Below, piece by piece: positions 1 to 9,204 of a stretch of DNA of 64,000 nt (position 1 is its first letter; every line of letters begins with the position of its first letter). The DNA comes from Opitutales bacterium (GTDB lineage Bacteria; Verrucomicrobiota; Verrucomicrobiia; Opitutales; T3Sed10-336). The stretch spans positions 24,395-88,394 of the forward strand of contig JAIUMY010000002.1 in the NCBI GenBank assembly GCA_022565335.1, read 5' to 3'. The position numbers and the translations under genes are program-made. The notes beneath the pieces are model-generated. The model had not been told where the DNA came from and made no database searches. It saw only the letters and a list, made by a program, of their open reading frames with translations.

Positions 1-549
1 GTTAAACTCCAGAGACCGTTTCAACTCCTCTGGAAAGGTATGCAGCATAACCAACTTTCCCGAATCACTGAGCAGCCCCGTAATGTAGTATTGATCGTCA
101 TCCTTCACCCCGTTGGCCATCGTCAAAATTTCCCGTGACATAATCGCCATAGCGATACAATGACGCCAATAACCAGTTGAGGATTGCTCGATGTCCACAT
201 CCATAAAGGCATCCATCTCCTCCAGAATGCGAGTCGTCATGGCCATTTGCCGAATCTGTCGAAGACCGAGAAAAAATATAGCCTCCTCAATATTGGTAAC
301 CTGCACGGACAGACCCGAGAACACTGAATTAACCAGTCGTAACAGCCGGGCGGTCAGAGAAATGTCTCTACCGATCACCTCGGCAATCTCGCTAACCGTG
401 GTATTGTCTTGAAAGGTAAGCTTGGTCAAAGCGTCGTTCACGCTCCGCAGTGACGCCACCACCGGACAAGAGCGGACTTTCCTTTCGACAAACTCTCCCC
501 GAGACAAGTGCTGTCGACAGTATTCTCGCGCCGAAAAATTGTTAGCCAT
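1..549 (-). CDS. HDOD-domain signalling protein (first 183 codons; 3' end runs off the window)
   Basis: Absent from the ORF track because it is truncated. My minus-strand translation from ATG 549-547 reads MANNFSAREYCRQHLSRGEF...VSEIAEVIGRDISLTARLLRLVNSVFSGLSVQVTNIEEAIFFLGLRQIRQMAM, the HDOD core pattern. The frame stays open to nt 1. The start overlaps the upstream stop by 8 nt (ATGGCTAA). Confidence 0.7.
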   Translation of the reverse strand, partial: MANNFSAREYCRQHLSRGEFVERKVRSCPVVASLRSVNDALTKLTFQDNTTVSEIAEVIGRDISLTARLLRLVNSVFSGLSVQVTNIEEAIFFLGLRQIRQMAMTTRILEEMDAFMDVDIEQSSTGYWRHCIAMAIMSREILTMANGVKDDDQYYITGLLSDSGKLVMLHTFPEELKRSLEFN

Positions 550-1255
550 TGATTATCTTTTTCTTATGTTCAAAACTTCGAATCTTTCCTTCTAAGTGAT
601 CAATGCCCTGCTTCGCAACAATTATTTGCTGCAATGCGGTTGCGCGTTGTATCTTAAGCATCGGCAGCTTCGATTCGAGGTCTCGAATCTCCGCTTTCAA
701 TGCCTCCTCGCGAACACCGGGGGAGCGATTGGATGAAAGCTGCCGACTTTGCAACATAAGCCCCAACAAAAGAAGCACCAAACCAACAGGCAGAAAGGCG
801 GAGGCCCCGGCCATGGTGAAAAAGAATCCTATATACATACATCCTACGCCGATGGCCGCCAATAGCCAGAAAACCAAAGCGGAGGCATAAATGGGCTTTT
901 GGACCTTCATCATTTGGCTCATCTTTACCTTAAGCCCGGAGATTTCTCCCTTCACCCTATTCATTTCATCATCGTGCTTTTGCAGTTTCAACTGGTATTG
1001 GCTCAATTGCTGTTTCTGACGCAGAATTTCCTCCTGACTGGCACGAATTTCCTGCTCCAATTCTTCCCGATGGTCTCTCTGAACAGCAGCCACCAACTGC
1101 CGGACGCGCTCATACTCATCGGGATCAACCAACCGTGCATACTCTTCGACGAGGTGGTGAATATCTGACTTCAGAACAAAACAATCCCCCTTTCGTTCAA
1201 AAAACTCGGGATGCGAGGTAACAAATTCCTGAAGCTTCTTATTCTCCATCGCCAT
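542..1255 (-). CDS. Coiled-coil / 2-TM / coiled-coil membrane protein, function unknown
   Basis: 237-aa ORF. It has heptad-like charged stretches (EELEQEIRASQEEILRQKQQLSQYQLKLQK) on both sides of two hydrophobic spans (IYASALVFWLLAAIGVGCMYIGFFF, FLPVGLVLLLLGLML). It overlaps both neighbouring genes. Confidence 0.6.
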   Translation of the reverse strand: MAMENKKLQEFVTSHPEFFERKGDCFVLKSDIHHLVEEYARLVDPDEYERVRQLVAAVQRDHREELEQEIRASQEEILRQKQQLSQYQLKLQKHDDEMNRVKGEISGLKVKMSQMMKVQKPIYASALVFWLLAAIGVGCMYIGFFFTMAGASAFLPVGLVLLLLGLMLQSRQLSSNRSPGVREEALKAEIRDLESKLPMLKIQRATALQQIIVAKQGIDHLEGKIRSFEHKKKIING

Positions 1256-2534
1256 AGATTTTTTCGATCATCGCAAGATCGAAAGGTTCGATTGCAATGA
1301 GATGCTTCAAATACTCCCGATGCTTTAAGGAAGGAACCTTCTCCTGCAAGTGCTGTTGCACCGCAATTTTTGTCTGAAAATCCTTGTGACGATCCGGATA
1401 GCGATTGGAACTCTCGGCCAGGATTTTACGTTTTAACGCCGCACTGAGAAAAATCTGGGGAAGCTCTGAGCGATCAACCACCGTGATCCCCTCCGACTCC
1501 GCCTGCTCCCGCAGCCACTGAAAGGCCGCCTGCGCCTCCCTTTCCCCGAGCAAAATGGAAAGCCCTTCCTTATCGACATACTCCAAAACCGCGGCGGCGT
1601 GCAGCCAACGCCGTTGTCGAACCGATATGGCGAAACCGGACTCCTCTTTTGCCATCTTTTCCTCCATGGCCGAAAGCATGGTTCCGTCCTCGATCAACTC
1701 TCGGATCCGCCCTGGAACCCCTTTGGTTTGCTCCATTACCTCGTCGATTAAATCCGGGTCGATCTTTTGGTCGGTCAGCCACCTGATACAAGCACTGCGA
1801 CTAATCGGCAGTAATTCGGATTCGTCAATCCGACTCAGGGGTACTTCCCAATAATCAGTCTGTCCCGCAGACTCCATAGACTCCCTCCCCGTCAGAAGGA
1901 TTCTCGGAACGGGCAATTCTTTGGCACGAAGCAGGGCCTGAATGAGAACTGTACCCAACCACCTTTTCACCGAAGGAGAATAATCCGCAAATTCGTCAAA
2001 ACAAAAAATGAACGACAAACTCCGGGATGGGGAGCCGGTTTCCTGAACCAAACGTTCAACCATCGAATGCAGAATCTCCAGACATAATTCGCCAAGCTGG
2101 TGCCCCCGGGGATCTCCCACAACTGCCATCTCACCCGCATTTGACACTGCGATAGTGCCTTGCGGTGAATAAGCGGCGGCGACGGGAGCATCGCCCCTGC
2201 GCAAAGCGGCCAGTCTCTGCGCCAACTGCTCTCCCAACCGGGCCGCCGCCATGTTCCACGCCGATGGAGTAGCCAAGGCGGAGCGAAACATCGACTCGGC
2301 AAATAGTTCAACCCCAAACATTCCCGCAGTGGCGTCCGGCTGAAAAAAAACCGTCGGGCTCATTTGCCGTTCCAGCGAGTTTGCCACAAAGGAGCCCAGC
2401 AAAGCGGTTTTCCCTATTCCGGGAGGTCCATACAAGGAGGTCAAGGCGGGTAAGTTGCGCCCTCCGGGCAGACGTAGAACCCGATTGTGCAACCAACCAA
2501 GCTCATGTTCTCTGCCGTACAACGAAGTCTTCAT
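1239..2534 (-). CDS. P-loop NTPase, AAA_16/STAND-like ATPase with helical C-terminal region
   Basis: 431 aa. N-terminus is GREHELGWL...LYGPPGIGKTALL (Walker A). Walker B-like FIFCFDEF is followed by LLTGRE. This layout is typical of AAA_16/Orc1-like signalling NTPases. Confidence 0.7.
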   Translation of the reverse strand: MKTSLYGREHELGWLHNRVLRLPGGRNLPALTSLYGPPGIGKTALLGSFVANSLERQMSPTVFFQPDATAGMFGVELFAESMFRSALATPSAWNMAAARLGEQLAQRLAALRRGDAPVAAAYSPQGTIAVSNAGEMAVVGDPRGHQLGELCLEILHSMVERLVQETGSPSRSLSFIFCFDEFADYSPSVKRWLGTVLIQALLRAKELPVPRILLTGRESMESAGQTDYWEVPLSRIDESELLPISRSACIRWLTDQKIDPDLIDEVMEQTKGVPGRIRELIEDGTMLSAMEEKMAKEESGFAISVRQRRWLHAAAVLEYVDKEGLSILLGEREAQAAFQWLREQAESEGITVVDRSELPQIFLSAALKRKILAESSNRYPDRHKDFQTKIAVQQHLQEKVPSLKHREYLKHLIAIEPFDLAMIEKIYGDGE

Positions 2535-2911
2535 TAAAAAAGGGGAATAGTTTCGCCCGCTTCGCAGGAGCTTGCGAGGAACGGGCTTGATACATGGAGT
2601 GGATTATGAATTAAAATGCGAGCTGGATAAAGAACTCTTCTATAACTTAACGGCACCACCGGCATTTTCTTGAATAAGTTATGGGTTTTTCCTGCATTTT
2701 ACCGCAATTGCCGTGTAGGTGAATGGTCCACACCGGAAGGCTGACACAACAACCCACAAAAGAGAAACTTAGTCGAAACGCTTCATTTTGGTAAATTTTC
2801 TTGCTATTTTTGGTGAATTTTTCATTCTTTACTCTCCTGACTTTAACCTCTTAGTTCAATTCGTTATATTACTCATTTAAAGCCTCCTTGTAAAATTTAA
2901 ATCCTTAGCCC

Positions 2912-5029
2912 ATGGCACCGCGAAGAGCAATAGCATTTCCAGCCTCCCCCATACCACCTCATAGGCTTTCCCGCGATGAAACTGAATCTGGAAATAACGG
3001 GGCCGCCGAAAATCTTTCTCCGAACGAAGCCCCCCCCCCAAGTTCTCAAGCCCCCATGCATTTTTCGATGGAGACCCTTCAGTTTGCCATCCATGAGGAT
3101 TGGTCCATCTGTTCGTTTTCCCCCGAAGCCCGCAAACAATTTTATGCGGACTTGAATAGGGACCCCCCTCCTTCACGGTCAAAATGGAATTTGCGCGAGT
3201 TATTAGGACGCACCGAACCCGCTTGGCTTAGCGATTTACCGAAATCAGCAGGGACCCTTCTCCAAGGGGACCGTATTTTCCTACCCTGGGATGTTTCCCG
3301 TAAAGCCCATGGAATGGGATGGTCGGTTTATGCCCTGCCATGTGGCAGAGACCTTTTTAGCATAACCCTTACCCCCACCATGTGTCCAAGCGGCGAAGCC
3401 AAACTGGCGGAAAACTCACTCTCCTTCGATGGCGCGGGCATACAGGAAGTTGTGCGCGAACTCTTCCTGCGGACCCAACAGCAGGAAGCCCGCTTTCAGT
3501 TCTTCGTCCGGCACCTGCCGGGGGCTCATTTCAAGCAGGATACTTCGTATCGTTTTACCCTGATCAACTCGGCGCTGGAAGAATTACTGGGGAACGAACC
3601 GCTGCGGGAATTAAGCGAAGAGGGACAGTGGCTGGATTGGGTACATCCAAACGACCACGAAGAGCTTCTGCGGAATCTTAAACGCTGTAAATCAGCGAAC
3701 CTCCCCTCCTCCTGTCGCTTCCGCTTACTTCTTCCGGACGGTGACCGGGTGTTGCACCTGATGGAACTGCGTATTCCAGTGCGCGGAATTGACGGCTCCT
3801 TGAATGGATACGAAGGGCTTTGGCTGGACCTGACCCGTGAGGAGCTGGCCCAACAGCATTTGCAGCATTCCGCCTGGAAAGACAGTTTGGCACAAATCTC
3901 AGGAAGTTTGTCCCATGATTTCAACAATATGCTGACCGGCTTGGTGTCCCTGTCCGAACTGATGATGATGGATCTCAAGGAAACCGATGAACACTATGAA
4001 ATCGCCAGTCTCATCAAAAGCACCACCAATCAAGCCAAGGAACTCAGCGGTCGGATTATTTCCCTAAACCGGGAAGAGCGCGGACGTCCCCAAATGTGCA
4101 ATCTGGCCGAACTGGTTTCCGCGCAGTTGGATTTGATTCGGATCGTCCTCCCTAAGGACACAACCATCAAACTGGACATCCCGGAAGAGGAGTTCCCGGT
4201 GCGCATGGATATGGTGTCGCTGCGACGGATTCTGGTAAATTTCGCGACCAACGCCCGCGATGTCCTGGAATACAAGGGAACCGTAGAGCTTAAGATTCGT
4301 AAGGTTGATTTTTCCACCTACGATTGCTCCTGCCTGGTCTCAAACCATTGCCAACGCAAGGGGGAGGCAGTTGAGTTTGTATTTGCCGACAACGGTCCTG
4401 GCATTCCCCCTGAAATCATCAGCCGGATCTTCGGGGCCTATTTCTCCACCAAAGATTGCACAACCTCTTCAGGCTCTGGTTTGGGACTCTATTGTTTAAC
4501 TCAATTTGCCCGCGACAATCATTTCGATTACGGGGTCCGCACCCAAATGGGCGAAGGGACCGAAATGGTTTTGATCTTCCCCCTGCTTTGCGAAGATGAT
4601 GAGCCAACCGGGGAAAGCGAGGAAGAATTGAATCTGAACGGCTCCTTTGCCGAACCACCGGTGGCCCTCTACGGCGTCTCAAATTCAGCAACAAATGCGG
4701 TTCTTGCCGGCTTGCGGAGGCAGGGAATCGAAATTTGCGAACTCTCCGATGAAACCGATTTGAAAGATTGGGTGGAAAAGCAAACCGAAGTGCCACGAAC
4801 TCTGCTGATGGCCTTCGCCTATCATGATCACAAGAGAGCTCGCCGCACTTGCGAGTCGCTCGAACTCGACGCTCCCGGACTACAGGCTATTCTTTCCCTG
4901 CAGGGGTTGGATCCTGAACATTTCAGTGATTTGATCGGGGAAAAATTTGATTCCCTAATGATGGCAAACGCCAAACCCTCAGCCAATGTGAAAAAGATTG
5001 TGACCCACCTGAATCCCGCGGCCTCATGA
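2912..5029 (+). CDS. Soluble PAS-domain sensor histidine kinase with receiver-like C-terminal tail
   Basis: H-box SHDFNNMLTGL, N-box NFATNARDV, G1 DNGPGI, G2 GSGLGLY. A PAS-like segment lies upstream (WVHPNDHEELL...RFRLLLPDG). No hydrophobic TM span is seen. The true start may be an internal ATG (3056 or 3068). Confidence 0.8.
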   Translation: MAPRRAIAFPASPIPPHRLSRDETESGNNGAAENLSPNEAPPPSSQAPMHFSMETLQFAIHEDWSICSFSPEARKQFYADLNRDPPPSRSKWNLRELLGRTEPAWLSDLPKSAGTLLQGDRIFLPWDVSRKAHGMGWSVYALPCGRDLFSITLTPTMCPSGEAKLAENSLSFDGAGIQEVVRELFLRTQQQEARFQFFVRHLPGAHFKQDTSYRFTLINSALEELLGNEPLRELSEEGQWLDWVHPNDHEELLRNLKRCKSANLPSSCRFRLLLPDGDRVLHLMELRIPVRGIDGSLNGYEGLWLDLTREELAQQHLQHSAWKDSLAQISGSLSHDFNNMLTGLVSLSELMMMDLKETDEHYEIASLIKSTTNQAKELSGRIISLNREERGRPQMCNLAELVSAQLDLIRIVLPKDTTIKLDIPEEEFPVRMDMVSLRRILVNFATNARDVLEYKGTVELKIRKVDFSTYDCSCLVSNHCQRKGEAVEFVFADNGPGIPPEIISRIFGAYFSTKDCTTSSGSGLGLYCLTQFARDNHFDYGVRTQMGEGTEMVLIFPLLCEDDEPTGESEEELNLNGSFAEPPVALYGVSNSATNAVLAGLRRQGIEICELSDETDLKDWVEKQTEVPRTLLMAFAYHDHKRARRTCESLELDAPGLQAILSLQGLDPEHFSDLIGEKFDSLMMANAKPSANVKKIVTHLNPAAS

Positions 5030-5256
5030 TTAGGATGAGTTAAGCACAAAAACCATGACCCAGCCGATTGAGGAGCGCATCGCCGGATGAAGTAGCCTCC
5101 CCCCAATAAAAGAACTCGGAAAACCTGATCGCCAGCTTCCAAAGGGATAGCTTTCCCTGCAAAGCAAATTTCAGGATGCCATAAAGACTTTAAGGAAAAA
5201 AATGCCTAGCGCCCTCAAGCCGTCGTTAGCCGAAATCTTAGAAATATTTTTTCGAA

Positions 5257-5266
5257 ACCTATAGGT
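5257..5266. promoter_or_regulatory. Perfect 10-bp palindrome ACCTATAGGT about 80 bp upstream of the predicted flgB +1 (candidate activator site)
   Basis: The sequence is self-complementary on direct reading. Its position relative to the sigma-54 promoter at 5315 fits an enhancer-binding-protein site. Confidence 0.3.
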
Positions 5267-5314
5267 CTTTGTTTAACAGAGGTTTATGTCTTTGAAATCC
5301 TGAAAAATCTTAAT

Positions 5315-5330
5315 TGGCACATTGTTTGCT
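5315..5330 (+). promoter_or_regulatory. Sigma-54 (RpoN) -24/-12 promoter of the flgB operon
   Basis: TGGCAC-ATTGT-TTGCT matches the consensus TGGCAC-N5-TTGCW at every fixed position. It lies directly 5' of flgB. Confidence 0.8.
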
Positions 5331-5342
5331 ATACATCTGCGC

Positions 5343-5729
5343 ATGATCGAAAGCATGTTCCAATCCGCAAATCTCCAAGCAACAAAAGCCTTAATGGATG
5401 TTGCGGCGGAGCGCCATAAGGTACTCTCGAGCAACCTGGCCAATGCGGAAACCCCCGGATATCGCCGCATGGAGTTGGATCCTTCCTTTATCAAAACCCT
5501 CCGCACCAGCGTCGCAAACGGTGACATCGGCAGCATCCAAAAGGGAGATATTCGCTTTAGTGAAGACCGCGATCCCAAGCTCCGTGCTGACCACAACGGA
5601 AACAATGTCAGCGTGGATAAGGAATTGATGTTGATCAACGAAAATGCCCTGCGGTACGAGGCGCTGGGACAATTTGCCAGCAGCTCCCTACGCCAATTGA
5701 GTACCGCTATAACCGGAAGACAAACCTAG
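5343..5729 (+). CDS. flgB: Flagellar basal-body rod protein FlgB
   Basis: The N-terminus ends in NLANAETPGYRR (rod-family motif), and the size is about 128 aa. ORF-track start 5322 is rejected because it lies inside the sigma-54 promoter. ATG 5355 is an alternative start. Confidence 0.9.
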   Translation: MIESMFQSANLQATKALMDVAAERHKVLSSNLANAETPGYRRMELDPSFIKTLRTSVANGDIGSIQKGDIRFSEDRDPKLRADHNGNNVSVDKELMLINENALRYEALGQFASSSLRQLSTAITGRQT

Positions 5730-5745
5730 ACAACCCTTACTTCTT

Positions 5746-6147
5746 ATGGACCTCATCCCAGGACTATCTCAAACCGCCAGCGCGTTGGACGCCAACAAGC
5801 TCCGCCTGGAGGTAATCGCCCAGAACATTGCCAATGCCCAAACCACCCGCGGCCCGGATGGAGGCCCTTACCAACGACAGGGCGTTTCCTTCGAGACGGT
5901 TATGCAAGGGGTCAACAAAACCGGCGTATCAGTGGATCGGGTATTTACTGACGAAAGACCGGGTCCCGCAGTCTTTAATCCCACCCACCCCCACGCCAAC
6001 ACTGAAGGGATGGTGCAAATGCCCAATGTTCAGATGGCCGTTGAAATGGTCGACATGATTGCCGCCTCGCGTGCTTACCAGGCAAACTTAAGTGCTTCAC
6101 AAATTTCCCGCGAAATGGCACAGAACGCTCTCCGTATTGGCCAATAA
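5746..6147 (+). CDS. flgC: Flagellar basal-body rod protein FlgC
   Basis: QNIANAQTTRGPDGGPYQRQ near the N-terminus and AASRAYQANL near the C-terminus; 133 aa. Confidence 0.92.
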   Translation: MDLIPGLSQTASALDANKLRLEVIAQNIANAQTTRGPDGGPYQRQGVSFETVMQGVNKTGVSVDRVFTDERPGPAVFNPTHPHANTEGMVQMPNVQMAVEMVDMIAASRAYQANLSASQISREMAQNALRIGQ

Positions 6148-6186
6148 TAGAATAAACTAAATCTCAAACTGGAGAAACTCACTAAA

Positions 6187-6576
6187 ATGAATATTGGAAT
6201 GGAACATAGCGCGCTCGGCAACTTGCCGGAACGACTCTTGAACCCCAATGGTAAACTTCCCGGAGCCAGAGCCGCCAGTCCTCTGGGCAAGGCCCAGCAT
6301 CCGGAAAGTAATTTCGGTACTTCATTGATCAACCAGGTACTGAAGGGTGGTTCCACCACACCATCCAAGGGAATGGTTGAAAACTTTATTAGCAGCGTTG
6401 ACGGTAAACAAAAAGCGGCCGAGGAAAGTCGTCGGGCCTTTCTGGCGGGCGAATCCGACAATCTGCACCAGACCATGATCGCCAGCCAGGAGGCTAACGT
6501 AGCATTCACCCTTATGGTCGAAATGAGGAATAAGGTTATGGAGGCCTACCAAGAACTCATGAGGATGCAAATTTAG
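6187..6576 (+). CDS. fliE: Flagellar hook-basal body complex protein FliE
   Basis: The C-terminus QEANVAFTLMVEMRNKVMEAYQELMRMQI is FliE-typical. The gene sits between flgC and fliF. Confidence 0.85.
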   Translation: MNIGMEHSALGNLPERLLNPNGKLPGARAASPLGKAQHPESNFGTSLINQVLKGGSTTPSKGMVENFISSVDGKQKAAEESRRAFLAGESDNLHQTMIASQEANVAFTLMVEMRNKVMEAYQELMRMQI

Positions 6577-6620
6577 AATAACCATAACCCCTGCGGTCTT
6601 AATTTCCCCGACCTAAGCAC

Positions 6621-8180
6621 ATGAAAACGATATTTACAGATTTTTCGACTTTTTGGAACAGCCTCGAAGCGAACCAAAAGGTTTCCTTTTTTCTCGCTAC
6701 CACCATGCTGGTGATAGGCGTTGCCGCAGTAGCAATCTGGGCACAAAGGCCAGATATGCGCCTCCTCTACGGAGGTCTCGACGAGAAGCAGGCTGCTTCC
6801 ATTATTCAACACCTTGAATCAGAATCGATCCGCTATGAGCTTCGCCATGGTGGCTCCGCCATCTTTGTCCCCCAGAGGGAAGTTTATAAGGCTCGGATGG
6901 ATATCGTGTCCACCGGTACCGTAGGACACGATGCCGTAGGGTTCGAGATTTTCGACCAAAGTTCTTTTGGGGCCAGCGATTTCATCCAGCGGACCAACTT
7001 CATTCGGGCGATACAAGGAGAATTGTCGCGGACCATTTCACAACTAAGTGGCGTTCGTTCGGCTCGGGTAATGGTAGTCATGCCGGAAAACCGTCTGCTG
7101 GTCTCCCAAAACAGCTCCAAAACTACTGCTTCGGTTTTTGTTGAAGTGGCCGGAGGAGGCCTAGACCATTCAGCGGTTCGCTCCATTCAGGCCCTGGTAG
7201 CCAACTCCGTCGAAGGTCTTGAACGCTCAAAGGTCTCTGTCGTCGACAACCATGGCAACGTTCTTTCCACGGATGAAAGCGATGATTCAATGGCGGCCGC
7301 CTCTTCCTCAATTCTCAAATACCGAAAGTCGGTCGAATCTTATTTCTCCAATAAAGTGGAAACCATGCTGGAAAGAGTTCTGGGCCCGGAGAATGTTACC
7401 GTTCGAGTCCACGCGGAGATCGATTCGGAGGAATTCTCCAGAATCGAAGAAGTTTTTGGTGACGGAGATGGGGCCCTCCTCTCCTCAGTTACCGAGGAGC
7501 AGTCCTCCTCCTCTACCAAACCCTCCACCGGAGGTCCGGTCGGAGCCGGCGATGCCACTGCAGAAAGCGCGGGAACAGGAGGAACATCCGATGAGGAACG
7601 CCGGATGCGGGATCAGCAATTTGCGGTTGACCGCATGGTCACCAACACCTCCCGAAGGGCGGGTTCTATTAGCCGTTTGACGGCCTCCGTTTTTATCGCC
7701 GCCAAAACGGAAACCGCCGAAGGGGAAACAGAACCACAAATCGTACCCCGCTCCCAGGAGGAAATAGATAATTTGCGTCAGATTGTGGCCAAATCTCTGG
7801 GGATTGACCTGGACGATAGCGAAACCGGTCAGATCGAGGTTCAGGAGATGCCCTTTGCGATAGGAAGCCAAACCCTCCCCCCCTTTCCCGGGGAGAGACC
7901 CGAGGGATTCGACCTTTCAACGCTGATGGAATACAGCAGTGAAATCATCGGTTCCGTCGTCGCTTTAATCCTTTTTATCACCTTTCTGATCATTTATCGG
8001 AAGCTAAAAGACCAACCTTCACCTTTCGACCAAATGGAACAAGCCGCCGCATCCTTCCGGCCGGGGGGGCATGGCAGCTCCGATATCACGCCGGATCTTT
8101 TAAATAATTTGATCAGTCAGCGCCCGGAAAATACCGCGGCATCGATCAAGAATTGGTTGCGGCAAAAGGATGAAAGCTAG
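6621..8180 (+). CDS. fliF: Flagellar MS-ring protein FliF
   Basis: 519 aa. N-terminal TM, then YELRHGGSAIFVPQREVYKARMD and FIRAIQGELSRTI, plus a C-terminal TM. Synteny supports the call. Confidence 0.92.
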   Translation: MKTIFTDFSTFWNSLEANQKVSFFLATTMLVIGVAAVAIWAQRPDMRLLYGGLDEKQAASIIQHLESESIRYELRHGGSAIFVPQREVYKARMDIVSTGTVGHDAVGFEIFDQSSFGASDFIQRTNFIRAIQGELSRTISQLSGVRSARVMVVMPENRLLVSQNSSKTTASVFVEVAGGGLDHSAVRSIQALVANSVEGLERSKVSVVDNHGNVLSTDESDDSMAAASSSILKYRKSVESYFSNKVETMLERVLGPENVTVRVHAEIDSEEFSRIEEVFGDGDGALLSSVTEEQSSSSTKPSTGGPVGAGDATAESAGTGGTSDEERRMRDQQFAVDRMVTNTSRRAGSISRLTASVFIAAKTETAEGETEPQIVPRSQEEIDNLRQIVAKSLGIDLDDSETGQIEVQEMPFAIGSQTLPPFPGERPEGFDLSTLMEYSSEIIGSVVALILFITFLIIYRKLKDQPSPFDQMEQAAASFRPGGHGSSDITPDLLNNLISQRPENTAASIKNWLRQKDES

Positions 8181-8190
8181 GTAATACGAA

Positions 8191-9204
8191 ATGGATCAAC
8201 AAACATACAAGGAAATGCCGAAGATTCGGCGCTTGGCGATTTTTTTTCTCGTCATCGGAGCCGAAAGGGCCGCCCCAGTGATAAGAGCCCTGACCGAGGC
8301 CCAAAAGAAGGCCGTTGTTCGCGAAATGTCGGAAGTGGACGCGGTGGATGAGTCCCTTCAGGGGATGGTCTTGCAGGAATTCTCTGAGTATTTAGCCGAA
8401 AGTCTCAGCTCTTTGCGCGGCGGTAAAGACTCCGCTATCACCTTTTTTGAAAATGCCTTGGGCGAGGAAGAAGCCGAACAGGTGACTTCCCACATCGGAC
8501 CGCCAAAGGTGCTACAGGAAATCCAGGATCGCTTCGCCCGAATGAAGGCCTCCCAAATCTGGACCGCCCTTTCGGACGAAGAACCGCAAACCCTGGCCTT
8601 CGTTTTATCAGCCTTGGACCCCAGGAAAGCCGCCGAGGTTTTATCCTTGATCGACCGGGAACAAGCGAGTACAGTTTTTTTACGAATGAGTCAGCTTGAA
8701 GCTATCCCCGTTAGGCTCTTGCCCCAAGTGACCGACAATGTTTTCCGTTCGACACCCCCAACCACCAGACAAAATCAGCTTTCTCTCGGCGGAGCCTCTT
8801 TTAGCGCCAGCGTGCTCAAGGCTTTTGATCGTGAACGGGGTAAAGAACTGCTCGCCAAAGTCGATGAAGCCGATGAAAAACTCGGGAAGACGATTTCGCG
8901 GGAAATGTTTTCCTTCAAGGACCTGGTCAAGGTATCCAAGGAAGCCATGCAAAGGATCATGCGTGAAGTGGATAGCTCTTTGCTAATTGTGGCGGCAAAA
9001 TCGGCGACGCCCGAACTGATGGACAAGATCTACGGAAGCCTCTCCAAGCGTGGTGCCGAAGCACTTAAGGAAGAAATTGAACTACAGGGTTCGGTTCGTC
9101 CCGCCGAAATAGAGGCGGCTCAGGATGCCGTGATTGATATTGTCCGGAAGCTCGAGGGCGAAGGTGAGATTGAGATAAACGATGAGGAGGAGGAAAATGT
9201 CTAA
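8191..9204 (+). CDS. fliG: Flagellar motor switch protein FliG
   Basis: 337 aa. MFSF (the MFXF motif) and the C-terminal charged helix AEALKEEIE are present. Synteny supports the call. Confidence 0.93.
   Translation: MDQQTYKEMPKIRRLAIFFLVIGAERAAPVIRALTEAQKKAVVREMSEVDAVDESLQGMVLQEFSEYLAESLSSLRGGKDSAITFFENALGEEEAEQVTSHIGPPKVLQEIQDRFARMKASQIWTALSDEEPQTLAFVLSALDPRKAAEVLSLIDREQASTVFLRMSQLEAIPVRLLPQVTDNVFRSTPPTTRQNQLSLGGASFSASVLKAFDRERGKELLAKVDEADEKLGKTISREMFSFKDLVKVSKEAMQRIMREVDSSLLIVAAKSATPELMDKIYGSLSKRGAEALKEEIELQGSVRPAEIEAAQDAVIDIVRKLEGEGEIEINDEEEENV

Noticed and set aside
191-412. 73-aa plus-strand ORF.
   Set aside because: It is antisense to the clearly recognisable HDOD coding frame.
2789-2805. 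TTGGTAAATTTTCTTGCT upstream of the histidine kinase.
   Set aside because: GG to GC spacing is 11 nt rather than 10, and the -24 box is weak. Not called as a sigma-54 promoter.
5322-5342. ORF-track start of flgB at ATG 5322.
   Set aside because: This ATG lies between the -24 and -12 boxes of the sigma-54 promoter, so it cannot be on the transcript.
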